Shown: positions 28,046-38,099 of the stretch, piece by piece | Layout: each line of letters begins with the position of its first letter | How positions within the stretch are numbered: position 1 is the first letter of the stretch | Origin: Longimicrobiales bacterium | GTDB taxonomy: Bacteria; Gemmatimonadota; Gemmatimonadetes; Longimicrobiales; Gaopeijiaceae | Assembly: GCA_965116905.1 (NCBI GenBank) | Contig: OZ220732.1 | Span: 1,696,001 to 1,760,000 of the forward strand | DNA: 64,000 nt | Reading direction: 5' to 3' | The notes under the pieces: generated by a model | What the model was told of the DNA's origin: nothing | Seen by the model: only the letters and a program-made list of their open reading frames with translations | Databases searched by the model: none | Program-made: the position numbers and the translations under genes

Positions 28046-31000
28046 TCAGCTCACGATCCTTCCCCGCCTCGGCAGCACCACCGCGGGGAGCCCCAGCAGC
28101 TCCACGGCCTCGTTGAAGCGGCGGAGCTCGTTCTCGAGCAGGTTCAGGTAGCGGACCCGCACCCCTTCCCACTCCTCCAGCAGGTCGTCGAGGCGCTCCA
28201 TGGTGCCGGGCTGGGGAGCGCCCTCCGCGCCGCCGGAGATGTAGCCGTCGGTGCCGGTGACGCGGCCGTACAGTTCCATCCACTGGTTGTCGAGGCGGGG
28301 CGCGAAGCGGATCGGGTCCTGGTTGGACCGGTTCTTCGTCTGCATGAGGTCCTCGGTCACGGCTGTCGATTTCTCGTTCAGGGTGTCCGCGAGCGCCTGC
28401 AGGTCGTCCGCCTGGTCTGCCGACGCCGCTCGCTCCATCACCGCTTCGACCTGCGCGCGAATCGCGGCGAGGTCGTCAATGGCCCGTGTGATCGAGTTGA
28501 TCGAGTCGCGCGCCTGCATGGCCACGCGGAACTGCTCCCGGTAGCTGGCGATCGTGACTTCGGGAATGCGCGGGTCCGGCAGCAGCTCGAAGGTCCGCTC
28601 GGCCATGGTCTCGCCCACCGTCATTCTCACGGTGTAGGTGCCGGGTGGCGCGGTCACGCCCCCGGTGTATCCCCACTGTACCGATCCCTCGGGAAGCTCG
28701 GGCCCGGGATAGGAGAGGGCCCAGGCCACGCGGTTCAGCCCCGCCGCAGCCGGAATCTGCTCGCCGTCGGCCTCTTCCGCCGCGGCCGAGTCGGAAGAAA
28801 ACGTGCGCACGACGTCGCCGACCGGGTCGACCACCTCGATCCGCACCTCTTCCGTGGCGTCCTCGCTGAGGTAGTAGTGGATCTGGGCGCCGGCCGGGCG
28901 CGTCTCCGGGTTGAACTCGGCCAGGAAGTTGGCCCCCACGTTGGTGAGCCGGCGAACCTCGCGCGGGGCGAAGAGGTGGGTCCCGGCGGCCACCGCCGTC
29001 TCGATCTCGCGGAGCGGACTGATGTCGTCCAGCACCCAGAACGACCGTCCCTGGGTGGAAAGGATGAGGTCGTCGTGGGCCACGCGCATCCCGGTCACGG
29101 GTGTGATCGGGAGGTTGCGCTGGAGGCTCTGCCAGGAATCCCCGGCGTCGAACGAGACGAAGACGCCGAACTCGGTGCCCGCGAAGAGAAGGCCCTCGCG
29201 CGTGGGGTCTTCCCGCACGGTGCGGACCGGGTAATCGTCCGGGATGCCGTCGGTGATCAGCGCCCAGGACCCGCCAAAGTCGTCCGTGCGGAAGATGTAG
29301 GGGCGGAAGTCGTCCAGCCGATAACGCTGCACGGCCACGTAGGCCCGGCCCGCGCGATGGCTCGACAGCTCGATCTCGTCCACGGTCCCCAGCTCCGGCA
29401 TGCCGGGCGGCGTGACGTCGCTCCAGTTCATGCCGCCGTCGCGCGTCACGTGAATCCGGCCGTCGTCGCTGCCGGCCCAGATCTCGTCGGCGTCGAAGGT
29501 CGATTCCGCGAGCGAGAACACGACGTTGAAGATCTCGACGCCGGTGACGTCGGCGTTGATCGGGCCGCCGGACTGCTCCTGGTGAGCCGGGTTGTCGGTC
29601 GTAAGGTCGGGGCTGATGGTCTCCCAGTTCGCGCCTTCGTCCCGCGAACGGTTCACGAACTGCGACCCGTGATAGATGACGCTCGGGTCGTGCGCGCTCA
29701 CCAGCATCGGCGAAACCCACTGGAAGCGGTGCCGCAGGTCCTTCGCGGCCATCCCCAGCTGGAGCTGCGGGTAGAGCATGATGTTGCGGCGCTGCCCGGA
29801 CTCGAGGTCGTACCGGTCCATCACGCCGCCGTAGCATCCGGCGTACACGATGTGGGGCCGGTCCGGGTCCAGGGCGATGGGCCCCGTCTCGCAGCCGCCG
29901 ACGTTCTGCCAGTGTTGTTTGGGATAGAGAGTGTTGACATCGCTCCAGGCGGGCACCGAGATCGTGGTGTTGTCCTGCTGCGCTCCGTAGAGGCGATAGG
30001 GGAAGGCGTTGTCGACGATCACGTCGTAGAGTTCGGCGGTGGGCTGGTTGTAGTAGGTGGACCAGCTCTCGCCGCCGTTCACGCTGACCTGGGCACCTCC
30101 GTCGTTGGCCACGACCATGCGGTCGGGATCGGTTGGGTGCACCCAGAGGTCGTGGACATCCCCGTGCGGCACCTGGATCGCCTCGAAGGTCGTGCCGCCG
30201 TCGACCGATCGGTACATGCCGGTGTTGAGCGCGTACACGGTGTTCGGATCGGCCGGGTCGGCCTGCACGTGGGTGTAGTACCACGCGCGCTGGCGCAGGT
30301 TGTTTTCCGAGTTCGTCCGGGTCCAGGTGGCGCCCGCGTCGTCGGAGCGGTAGACGCCGCCATCCGGCTCGGCCTCGATGATCGCCCAGACGCGGTCGGG
30401 GTCCGCCGGCGAGACGCTCACGCCGACCTTCCCCACGATTCCCTCGGGGAGCCCGCCGCCCAGCTTCGTCCACGTGTCGCCTCCGTCGGCAGTCTTGTAG
30501 ACCCCGCCCTCTTCGGCGCCGGAGATGAGCGCCCACGGCTTGCGCTCGCCACGCCACATCCCCGCGTACAGGATGCGCGGGTTGGTCGTGTCCATGGTCA
30601 GATCGGACGCACCCGTCGAGTCGTTCAGCGCGAGCACGTGCTCCCACGTCTCTCCCCCGTCCTGCGACCGGAAGATCCCCCGCTCGGGGTTCTTGCCGAA
30701 GGGGTGTCCCAGCGCTGCCACGTAGACGAGGTCGTGGTCGCGCGGGTGCACCTCGATCCGCCCGATCTGGCCCGCTTCCGGCAAGCCGATGAAGGTCCAG
30801 GTCCGGCCCTTGTCCATCGACTTCCATGTGCCCCGCCCGGTCGAGGTATTGCCGCGGATGTCCACCGACCCCTGACCCACGTAGATCACGTTGGGGTCCG
30901 AATCGGCGACCTTCACCGCCCCGATCGAACCACCGAAGTACCCGTCGGAGATGTTGTGCCAGGTGGCGCCGTTGTCGTCGGTCTCCCAGATGCCGCCGCC

Positions 31001-31240
31001 GGTCGTACCCATAAGCCAGCGGTCCGGGTCGTCGGGAAAGCCGACCGCCGCTGTCGAGCGCCCGCCCCGGTAGGGGCCCACCATGCGGTAGCGCAGGTCC
31101 TTGAAGGCGAGGGTGTCGACCTGCTGGGCGGCGAGCGGATGGGCGGCGAGCGGAGTGGGGGCGAAGGGGGTCGCCGGCAAGCCGGACAGGGTCGCTGTTG
31201 CCAGCGTGGAAGCGAGTACGAGGTGTCGTGGGAATCGCAT
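28046..31240 (-). CDS. BNR/Asp-box (VPS10/sortilin-like) glycosyl-hydrolase-like secreted protein
   Basis: R.VGPYRGGRS, many S.D.G.TW Asp-boxes, RQRAWYY, DVHDLW, NDGG, GAQQDN, GTEFG, STQGRSFW.LDD. Confidence 0.9.
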   Translation of the reverse strand: MRFPRHLVLASTLATATLSGLPATPFAPTPLAAHPLAAQQVDTLAFKDLRYRMVGPYRGGRSTAAVGFPDDPDRWLMGTTGGGIWETDDNGATWHNISDGYFGGSIGAVKVADSDPNVIYVGQGSVDIRGNTSTGRGTWKSMDKGRTWTFIGLPEAGQIGRIEVHPRDHDLVYVAALGHPFGKNPERGIFRSQDGGETWEHVLALNDSTGASDLTMDTTNPRILYAGMWRGERKPWALISGAEEGGVYKTADGGDTWTKLGGGLPEGIVGKVGVSVSPADPDRVWAIIEAEPDGGVYRSDDAGATWTRTNSENNLRQRAWYYTHVQADPADPNTVYALNTGMYRSVDGGTTFEAIQVPHGDVHDLWVHPTDPDRMVVANDGGAQVSVNGGESWSTYYNQPTAELYDVIVDNAFPYRLYGAQQDNTTISVPAWSDVNTLYPKQHWQNVGGCETGPIALDPDRPHIVYAGCYGGVMDRYDLESGQRRNIMLYPQLQLGMAAKDLRHRFQWVSPMLVSAHDPSVIYHGSQFVNRSRDEGANWETISPDLTTDNPAHQEQSGGPINADVTGVEIFNVVFSLAESTFDADEIWAGSDDGRIHVTRDGGMNWSDVTPPGMPELGTVDEIELSSHRAGRAYVAVQRYRLDDFRPYIFRTDDFGGSWALITDGIPDDYPVRTVREDPTREGLLFAGTEFGVFVSFDAGDSWQSLQRNLPITPVTGMRVAHDDLILSTQGRSFWVLDDISPLREIETAVAAGTHLFAPREVRRLTNVGANFLAEFNPETRPAGAQIHYYLSEDATEEVRIEVVDPVGDVVRTFSSDSAAAEEADGEQIPAAAGLNRVAWALSYPGPELPEGSVQWGYTGGVTAPPGTYTVRMTVGETMAERTFELLPDPRIPEVTIASYREQFRVAMQARDSINSITRAIDDLAAIRAQVEAVMERAASADQADDLQALADTLNEKSTAVTEDLMQTKNRSNQDPIRFAPRLDNQWMELYGRVTGTDGYISGGAEGAPQPGTMERLDDLLEEWEGVRVRYLNLLENELRRFNEAVELLGLPAVVLPRRGRIVS

Positions 31241-31306
31241 GTTCGGGTCTGTTCTCGGGAAGGGGGTGTTGTTTGGGATCGTGTGAGGGTGGCGCGCCGT
31301 CCGCGC

Positions 31307-32734
31307 TCAGCGCCGCGCGCCGATCCCGAGCGCTTCGGCCTGCCGGCGGATGTCGCTCCGGTCGCGCACGAACAGCTCAGGATACTCTTCCAGTACGTCG
31401 GCGGGATAGTTCGACTCGATGCTCTTCATGTACCGGTCCAGGAAACCGAGCACGAGATCGTTCTGGATTGCCGTGAGCCTGGCCGTCATCTCCGGCTCGC
31501 CGAGGAGGGCGGCGGTGCCGGGTGCACCCAGGACCTCGGGGAAGTCGGAGACGGCGATGTGCTGGACCCCCGGAATCATGATTCGGTGGATATCGTCGCG
31601 GAGGCCCGCGGTGGCCAGGCGCTCGTAGGCGAGGTCGCCAGCGGTGGGCGCGTGGGCCCCGTAGGTACCCCGGTACACGTTGAATTCCTCCGGCATCGTC
31701 GCCATGACCACGGTGGGGTCCGAGTTGAGCATCAGGAACGGCGTGCGCACGTCCGCGTCGATCAGCTCGCCGGTCCAGTAGCCGCCATCGAGGTTGATCG
31801 CCGCCTTTGCGCGGTGGTCGTCCTGCGCCAGCATGGCTGCGATGTAGCCGCCGTAGGACATCCCCATGTAGCCTCGGTTCCCGTGGTCGATCGCTGCCGC
31901 GACTCCGGCAGCTGCCGCCGGCACGTTCATGTCCTCCAGGCGGTCGAGAACAAAGCGGACATCCGCCTGCCAGACCGGCCCGAGCTGACCGAGGGATGTC
32001 TTGCGCAGCTCCCTTAGATACTCGGGAACGGCCTCCAGCCCCTCCGCGAGGCTCGGGGGGTAGTGCACGGTCATCGACGCGCTGTTCGCCGCGTAGCGCA
32101 TCAGGTCGTCCATGATCACGGGCGACAGCAGGAGCGCGTCGCCGTTCGGGTAGACCAGGCCGCCGGATTCGTACGGATGCCCGACGGAGACCACCACGTA
32201 GCCGTTGGCCGCGAGGTGCTCGAAGAGCGCGGTCTGCTGGGCCGGATAGGACGTGTACCCGTGGTTGAAGCCGATGACGGGGAAGGAACCGGGCCGGGGC
32301 TCCGCGTCCAGATAACTGTTCGAGGCGAGGGACGTGCAGCCCCTCAGCGCGTCCGCCGGCTGCTGAAGGGCGGGCAGGAGCATGCCGGGCAGCACCGTCG
32401 CCTCAGCTTCGGTGAAGTAGGGGCGCGCTTGGGCATTGGCGCCCGGCGACTGCGCCGGATACCAGGCGCGGACGTAGAGCCGCCGGTGGGGGGTCGGCTC
32501 CGGCGCGTACTGGGCGCTCCGCAGCGAATCGGTGACCTCGAACTCGACCGTACCGACCGCGTGGGGTCCGGAGACCGGTAGCCAGCTCGCGCAGTTCGCG
32601 CCGTAGTCGTAGTCCTCCTGGGCTCCGGTCAAGGAAGGCGCCAGAAAGAGTCCCAGCATCGTGAGGGCGACCGACAGGGCGGTTCGCAGGGCGGTTGGCA
32701 GGGCGGGATTCGGTCTCGTGGGGGCAGGTCTCAT
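31307..32734 (-). CDS. Secreted alpha/beta hydrolase (PAF-acetylhydrolase-like)
   Basis: GPHAVG, WYPA, FPVIGFNHG, LAANGYVVVSVGHPYE, GMSYGG, INLDG, GVQH..VSD. Confidence 0.85.
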   Translation of the reverse strand: MRPAPTRPNPALPTALRTALSVALTMLGLFLAPSLTGAQEDYDYGANCASWLPVSGPHAVGTVEFEVTDSLRSAQYAPEPTPHRRLYVRAWYPAQSPGANAQARPYFTEAEATVLPGMLLPALQQPADALRGCTSLASNSYLDAEPRPGSFPVIGFNHGYTSYPAQQTALFEHLAANGYVVVSVGHPYESGGLVYPNGDALLLSPVIMDDLMRYAANSASMTVHYPPSLAEGLEAVPEYLRELRKTSLGQLGPVWQADVRFVLDRLEDMNVPAAAAGVAAAIDHGNRGYMGMSYGGYIAAMLAQDDHRAKAAINLDGGYWTGELIDADVRTPFLMLNSDPTVVMATMPEEFNVYRGTYGAHAPTAGDLAYERLATAGLRDDIHRIMIPGVQHIAVSDFPEVLGAPGTAALLGEPEMTARLTAIQNDLVLGFLDRYMKSIESNYPADVLEEYPELFVRDRSDIRRQAEALGIGARR

Positions 32735-32900
32735 TGTGGTTTGTCATGCTCCGGTTGGCGTGGCCGGCGGTTCGCACGGGAGATCATGGGCACTGTGGCG
32801 AATCGCCGCCAGTATTCCGTGTGGCCTTGCCCGGCCATCCGCGCCGTCGCACTCTCGGGCGTCAACAACCGCGTCTCCCGGCCCACGGAGGATCCGCAAA

Positions 32901-34367
32901 ATGAGCATCGATCGAGTCGGCCGTCCGGCCCTCGCCGCGGCCTGGATGGCCGCATCCCTCGCCCATCCCGCTGCCTCCCAATCCGTCGACGCCGGCAAGC
33001 AGGCCGCGCTCGACCACGCGGTCGCACTGGAGGAACTGGTCGGCGAGATGTCCTCGCGGCTGTGGGACTTCTCCGAGATCGCGCTCGAGGAACACCAGTC
33101 CGCGACGTACCTGGAAGGTGTCCTGGAAGAGGAGGGCTTCAGCGTGGAGTCCGGCGTCGCCGGCATGCCCACCGCCTTCGTCGCGTCCTGGGGCTCCGGC
33201 CGCCCGATCGTCGGCGTGCTTGCCGAATACGATGCCCTGCCCAACATCGGCAACTCGATCCACCCCGGCCGCGCCCCCCGCGAAGACGGCCACCCCCACG
33301 GTCAGGGCTGCGGGCACAACCTATTCGGCGCGGCGTCGGTCGCGGCGGCCATCGCGATCAAGCGCATGATGGCCGACCACGGCACTGCCGGGACCATCCG
33401 CCTCTACGGCACTCCCGCCGAGGAGACCGTCGTCGGCAAGGTCTACATGGCCAGGGACGGACTCTTCGACGATCTCGACGCCTCCATCGTGTGGCATCCG
33501 GGGCAGAGCACCGGCGTCAGCAACAACCGCGCGCGTTCCCTCAACAACTTCGAGGTCACCTTCCGGGGGCAGGCGGCGCACGGCGCGGTCGACCCCTGGA
33601 ACGGACGCAGCGCGCTCGACGCGGTTGAACTCATGAACCACGGCGTGAACATGATGCGCGAGCACATCGAACCCAGCGCCCGCATCCACTACGTCATCCC
33701 CAACGCGGGTGACGCGCCCAACGTGGTGCCGGAATACGCCAGGGTGTGGTACTACGTGCGGGACACGACCCGCGTCGCAGTCGAGGAGAACTACGAGTGG
33801 ATTCTCGACATCGCGGCAGGCGCGGCACGGATGACGCGCACCGAACACGACACATTCCTGGTCACCGGTGTCCATCCGTACACGCTGGTCCGGCCGCTGC
33901 AGGAGGCGATGCAGGCCAACCTCGAAAGGGTCGGCGCCCCACGGTTCAGCGAGGACGACCACGAATTCGCGCGCGAACTGCAGTCCTTCCTCGGCGTGGA
34001 GACCTCCGGCCTGCGGGATACGATCGACCACCTTGCGGACGCTCCGCTGCCGGCTGGGGGCGGCTCCTCCGATGTGGCCGAAGTGAGCTACATCGCGCCG
34101 ACCGTGGAGTTCAGCGTGACGACCGCCGCCGAGCACGTCCCCTGGCACTCGTGGGCGACGAGCGCGTCCCACGGCACCGCCGGCGCGATCAAGGGTGCGC
34201 AGGTGGCGACGCGGGCGCTGGCGCTGATGGGTGCCGAACTGATGCTCGATGCGGACCTGTTGGCGCGGGCGAAGGAAGCCCACGCGCGGGAGACGGGCGG
34301 TGTGCCGTACAACTCGCCGATCCCCGAGGGGCAGGCGGTGCCGCTGCCGAAGGGTGGGGGGTCCTGA
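32901..34367 (+). CDS. M20D amidohydrolase (AbgB-like), secreted
   Basis: GMPTAFVA, LAEYDALP, GCGHNL, GTPAEE, WHP, GRSALDAVELM, PNVVP, GGSSDV. Confidence 0.9.
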   Translation: MSIDRVGRPALAAAWMAASLAHPAASQSVDAGKQAALDHAVALEELVGEMSSRLWDFSEIALEEHQSATYLEGVLEEEGFSVESGVAGMPTAFVASWGSGRPIVGVLAEYDALPNIGNSIHPGRAPREDGHPHGQGCGHNLFGAASVAAAIAIKRMMADHGTAGTIRLYGTPAEETVVGKVYMARDGLFDDLDASIVWHPGQSTGVSNNRARSLNNFEVTFRGQAAHGAVDPWNGRSALDAVELMNHGVNMMREHIEPSARIHYVIPNAGDAPNVVPEYARVWYYVRDTTRVAVEENYEWILDIAAGAARMTRTEHDTFLVTGVHPYTLVRPLQEAMQANLERVGAPRFSEDDHEFARELQSFLGVETSGLRDTIDHLADAPLPAGGGSSDVAEVSYIAPTVEFSVTTAAEHVPWHSWATSASHGTAGAIKGAQVATRALALMGAELMLDADLLARAKEAHARETGGVPYNSPIPEGQAVPLPKGGGS

Positions 34368-34380
34368 GGGGATAGGGACA

Positions 34381-35598
34381 ATGATTCAGCCAACCCGACG
34401 ACCACGCTTGAGTTGTGCCGTCAAAGCCGCGGTCCTGTTGTTCGTAACCGAAACGGGCGTCTTTCCGGGCGAGCGCGGGCTGGCGGCTGCGATTGGCGAC
34501 CCGTCCAGCAGCTCCGAGCAGGATGTCGTCGCGCGACTTGGTGCCACAGCACTGTTCGATTCGGAAGACCATCCGGATGCGGCTGTGTCCGAGATCGGAC
34601 TCCTGGCCAAGGGGAAGATCCTGAGCGAGGAGCGCATCGTGCTGTTGGACGGCCGTAGACTCCTGTTCATCAACTCCTCGACCGGGGAGCTGAGGATGGC
34701 GGGGGGAGAGGGAGGTGGACCGGGAGAGTTTGCCGGATCAGGGCTGGCACTCGGCCTGTTCAAGGGACCGGACGGACTCACCGTCTGGGACCTCAACAAC
34801 GATCGCCGCTTGACGACATTTTCGGATTCGGGTGAACTCCTCGACACCAGGCGCGTCAACGTTTCCGGCTTCGACCACCCAACCGCGATTGCCCGGTTGT
34901 TTGCGGTGTTCAGCGATGGAAACCTGGCGTTTGTGGATGGCGGGTGGCCAATAGGACCGGTGTCGAGCGACGAGCGCCCGACCGAGTACCTCGTGGAAGT
35001 CGGTTTGGACGGGGAACGCCGGACGATCGTCGAATTCCTGGGGCAGGACGTGAGCTATGTGCTCTTTCCGCGCATCACGTATGTCGCGGTCGATGGTGAC
35101 CGCGTGGCGGTCGCCGACACCGAATCGGAGGAGATCCAGGTCGTTGACCGGAGTGGCAGGGTGGTGTATCGGATTCAGATGCCGGGGGAGAGGGTCAGAG
35201 TAGGCGAAGAACAAGTGGAAACCGCCTTGGCGCAGGCCCAGGCGAACTACATCCGCAGTGAGGAAGAAACCCTCAGGTACTTGACGCATCTGGGAAGGCC
35301 TACGGAGGGCCTTGCCATTCAGGTACCGGAAGAGCAGGCATACCGGCACAATGAGGTTGCTCCGCCCATCGACGCGGTTCGGTTTGATTCAAGTGGACGT
35401 TTGTGGATACGGCTCTATGTAATGCCTGGTGATGACGTCAAGCGCTGGACGGTGTGGGAGGAGGGGCGAAAGACGTTTTCGGTGGAGCTGGGCGCGAGAG
35501 AGAGGTGGTTGGATGCCCTTGGCAACCTCGTCCTCCTCCGAGTCCGGAACTCGCTGGGGGAGGATCGTGCTGTGGTCCGGGAACTGGTCTTCGGCTAG
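34381..35598 (+). CDS. Hypothetical six-bladed beta-propeller-like protein
   Basis: GGEGGGPGEF, VWD, D..GRLW motifs; visibly lower GC than neighbours. Confidence 0.65.
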   Translation: MIQPTRRPRLSCAVKAAVLLFVTETGVFPGERGLAAAIGDPSSSSEQDVVARLGATALFDSEDHPDAAVSEIGLLAKGKILSEERIVLLDGRRLLFINSSTGELRMAGGEGGGPGEFAGSGLALGLFKGPDGLTVWDLNNDRRLTTFSDSGELLDTRRVNVSGFDHPTAIARLFAVFSDGNLAFVDGGWPIGPVSSDERPTEYLVEVGLDGERRTIVEFLGQDVSYVLFPRITYVAVDGDRVAVADTESEEIQVVDRSGRVVYRIQMPGERVRVGEEQVETALAQAQANYIRSEEETLRYLTHLGRPTEGLAIQVPEEQAYRHNEVAPPIDAVRFDSSGRLWIRLYVMPGDDVKRWTVWEEGRKTFSVELGARERWLDALGNLVLLRVRNSLGEDRAVVRELVFG

Positions 35599-35608
35599 AA
35601 GCCCAGCG

Positions 35609-36439
35609 TCAGTCCGCCTCGACCACCGCCAGCCGGCCCGAGATCTCGCGTAGTCTCAGCCACTGCTGGTAGTAGAACGGCAGCGCCAGCATCGATTCGA
35701 TGAACTGGAACACGTACATCACGATGGCGAAGACGGCGCCGTACTCGGCGGTGGATTGGGCCGCCGCGGTCACCGCGAAGACCAGCAGGCCCAGCATGAA
35801 CACCCAGTTGATCCCGAAGTTGGCGGCCTCCAGGTCGGACAGCTTGATGTTCCATCGCATCAGACGCCCGATGTGGCGGGCCACGCGCACCGGGTCGCCG
35901 CTGTCCACGGCATCGACCTGCCGCTCGTGTTCGTCGTTGAGGCCTTCGTTGTAACGGGTGGTGAGCTTTCCGGTCAGCGCGTAGAGGGTCACGGTCACCA
36001 GGCTGACCGCGAGGCATCCGATGAAGACCGGGAGGTTCAGAACCGACAGGATCAGCACGGTTCCGACGAGTCCCAGCGCGCTGTTGATCAACTCCGGGAG
36101 GGAGTTTTCGAAGAACTCGACGATCTCCTTGAGCATCCCCAGGCGGGCCGTCTTCGTGGACGTGCCGTGCTCGGCGGCGTCGACGACCATCTCCTGGCCG
36201 AGTGTCGTGTATATGCGCGCATAGGCGCGGCTGTCGACGAGGCGGCGGACGATGGCGATCGCCATGGTCACCGTACCGAGTACGCCGAGTTCGATGAGGC
36301 CCCGGAGCGTGTCGGACAGCACCGCGTCGATGGCGCGGCCGATGACCAGCGGGAAGAGGATCCATCCGGTCGCCTCCAGGACGACCAGGAGCATGGTACA
36401 CGCGAAACGGCCGGCAAAACGTCCCAGGAGGGCGCGCAT
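35609..36439 (-). CDS. Stand-alone ABC six-transmembrane-domain protein (ABC_membrane_3-like), no NBD
   Basis: FPLVIGRAID, RR.VDSRAYARIY, EIVEFFE..LP, LND..ERQV, IKLSD.EA, GAVFAIVMYV, RL.EIS.RL. Confidence 0.8.
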   Translation of the reverse strand: MRALLGRFAGRFACTMLLVVLEATGWILFPLVIGRAIDAVLSDTLRGLIELGVLGTVTMAIAIVRRLVDSRAYARIYTTLGQEMVVDAAEHGTSTKTARLGMLKEIVEFFENSLPELINSALGLVGTVLILSVLNLPVFIGCLAVSLVTVTLYALTGKLTTRYNEGLNDEHERQVDAVDSGDPVRVARHIGRLMRWNIKLSDLEAANFGINWVFMLGLLVFAVTAAAQSTAEYGAVFAIVMYVFQFIESMLALPFYYQQWLRLREISGRLAVVEAD

Positions 36440-36527
36440 CAGTCAGTGCGTTCGGTGCGTTCCGGTGGTTTCCGGTCGGTTTCCGGTGGGTTGGTCGAAG
36501 CGTTCGTGGGATGGCTGGGCAGTGCCT

Positions 36528-36773
36528 CTACAGCGTGCGACTGTCCTGACGGTGTCCTCTGCGGGGGTCAATCCTGGGGGCGGTACGCGACTTCGCGTGT
36601 TGAAGATGCTCCACGGGCTCTTCCACCACCTCCGAACGGACCGGCGCGGCGTTGTCCTCCGCCGTCTCGAACCGGGTGATCCCGATCGCGCTCAGGATCA
36701 GCGCTGTAGACACCGCGAGTCCCAACGCGGTAAGTCTTCGGTTTGAACGTCGTCTCAAGTGTGCCCTGGTCAT
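36528..36773 (-). CDS. Small hypothetical protein (basic N-terminus and one TM/signal helix)
   Basis: Strong RBS GGGGAGG-aagaaca-ATG; lies downstream of a sigma-54 consensus. Confidence 0.55.
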   Translation of the reverse strand: MTRAHLRRRSNRRLTALGLAVSTALILSAIGITRFETAEDNAAPVRSEVVEEPVEHLQHAKSRTAPRIDPRRGHRQDSRTL

Positions 36774-36830
36774 TGTTCTTCCTCCCCCTGAATCCCGCGG
36801 AATGCCCTCCGGACCGCTGCATAGTTAGAC

Positions 36831-36846
36831 AGCAAAAACCGTGCCA
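36831..36846 (-). promoter_or_regulatory. Sigma-54 (-24/-12) promoter
   Basis: Minus strand TGGCAC-GGTTT-TTGCT matches TGGCAC-N5-TTGCW exactly; 57 nt upstream of ATG 36773. Confidence 0.75.
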
Positions 36847-36902
36847 GGGTTGCCTCGGCCATTTTGGCAGACGCGTTCGCGGACCAGGGGCCCCGCGCCG
36901 TC

Positions 36903-36952
36903 AGCCGCCCGCGAGCCGCCCGCGAGCTGCCCGCGAGCCCTCCCGCGAGCCG
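36903..36952. repeat. Intergenic 11-bp tandem repeat x4
   Basis: agccgcccgcg agccgcccgcg agctgcccgcg agccctcccgcg agccg. Confidence 0.8.
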
Positions 36953-36998
36953 TTATCTTGGTGACGAGCACGAGGAGCCTGATGCCGATGGAGGGGTA

Positions 36999-38099
36999 AT
37001 GGGCCGAGCAAGGAAGGCCGGACTGCCCGCGCTGATCATGACCTCCGTGGGGCTTTCGCCCGCGGCGGCGCAGGAAAACGTCGCGGCGCTCGAGAATCCG
37101 ACGCCCGTCGACGGAATTACCGAAGTCGCGGGGATCCGGGTCGGGCACTTCACCTATGCCGACGCCCACACGGGATGCACGGTCGTGATCGCCGACGGTG
37201 GCGCGACGGGAGGCGTCGACGTGCGGGGCGGCGCTCCCGGGACCGCCGAGACCGACCTGCTGGACCCGGTGAACACCGTGCAGGAGGTCAACGCGGTGGT
37301 GCTCTCGGGCGGGAGCGCCTTCGGCCTCGCCACACGGGACGGCGTCGTGCGCTACCTGGAAGAACGCGGCGAGGGCTACCGCGTGGGGGCCGACCTGGTC
37401 GTCCCGATCGTGCCGGCGGCGATCATCTTCGACCTGCGCCTGTCCGGCGGCGTTCGTCCCGGCCCCGATTGCGGGTACGCGGCCGCGGCCGGCGCCTCCG
37501 AAGGGGTGGTTGCGGAGGGGAACGTGGGCGCCGGCGCCGGTGCCACCGTGGGGAAGATGCGCGGGATGGCCATGGCCATGAAGGGCGGCCTGGGCACCGC
37601 GTCGATCACCCTGGAAGGCGGCCTCACGGTAGGCGCGATCGTCGTCGTCAACGCGGTGGGCGACGTGATCGACCCGAGCACGGGCCGCATCGTGGCGGGT
37701 GCCCGCACGGACGACGGCGGCTTCGCCGACGCCCGGCTCATTCTGCGCGGCGTCGTCCCCTCGAGCCGCCCGCGCGAGAACACCACGATCGGCGTCGTCG
37801 CGACCAACGCGCGTCTTACCCAGGCGGAAGCCGCGAAGGTGGCGCAGATGGCCCAGGACGGGCTGGCGCGCGCGATCGTGCCGGCGCACACGCCGGGTGA
37901 CGGGGACACCGTGTTCTCGCTGGCCACGGGGACGCTCGAGACCGGCTTCAACCTGGGGCAGGTGGGCGCGCTCGCCGCCGAAGTCATGGCGGACGCCATC
38001 GTGCGGGCGGTGCGCTCGGCCCATGGACTGCCATCGCTGCCCGCCGTGCGCGACCTGCCGGGAGACGCCGGGCCGGGGGCGCAGCCCGAGGGGCGATGA
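36999..38099 (+). CDS. P1/S58 (DmpA-like) self-processing aminopeptidase
   Basis: ITEVAGIRVGH, TGCTV, VDVRGGAPGT.ETDLL, LSGGSAFGL, EGNVGAGAGA, ENTTIGVVATNA, HTPGDGD.VF. Confidence 0.92.
   Translation: MGRARKAGLPALIMTSVGLSPAAAQENVAALENPTPVDGITEVAGIRVGHFTYADAHTGCTVVIADGGATGGVDVRGGAPGTAETDLLDPVNTVQEVNAVVLSGGSAFGLATRDGVVRYLEERGEGYRVGADLVVPIVPAAIIFDLRLSGGVRPGPDCGYAAAAGASEGVVAEGNVGAGAGATVGKMRGMAMAMKGGLGTASITLEGGLTVGAIVVVNAVGDVIDPSTGRIVAGARTDDGGFADARLILRGVVPSSRPRENTTIGVVATNARLTQAEAAKVAQMAQDGLARAIVPAHTPGDGDTVFSLATGTLETGFNLGQVGALAAEVMADAIVRAVRSAHGLPSLPAVRDLPGDAGPGAQPEGR

Noticed and set aside
28877..32017. 1046-aa plus-strand ORF, and similar long ORFs such as 45419-47821, 9401-11428 and 37376-39304
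   Set aside because: Stop-poor antisense frames typical of high-GC genes; no motifs, and they overlap well-supported genes
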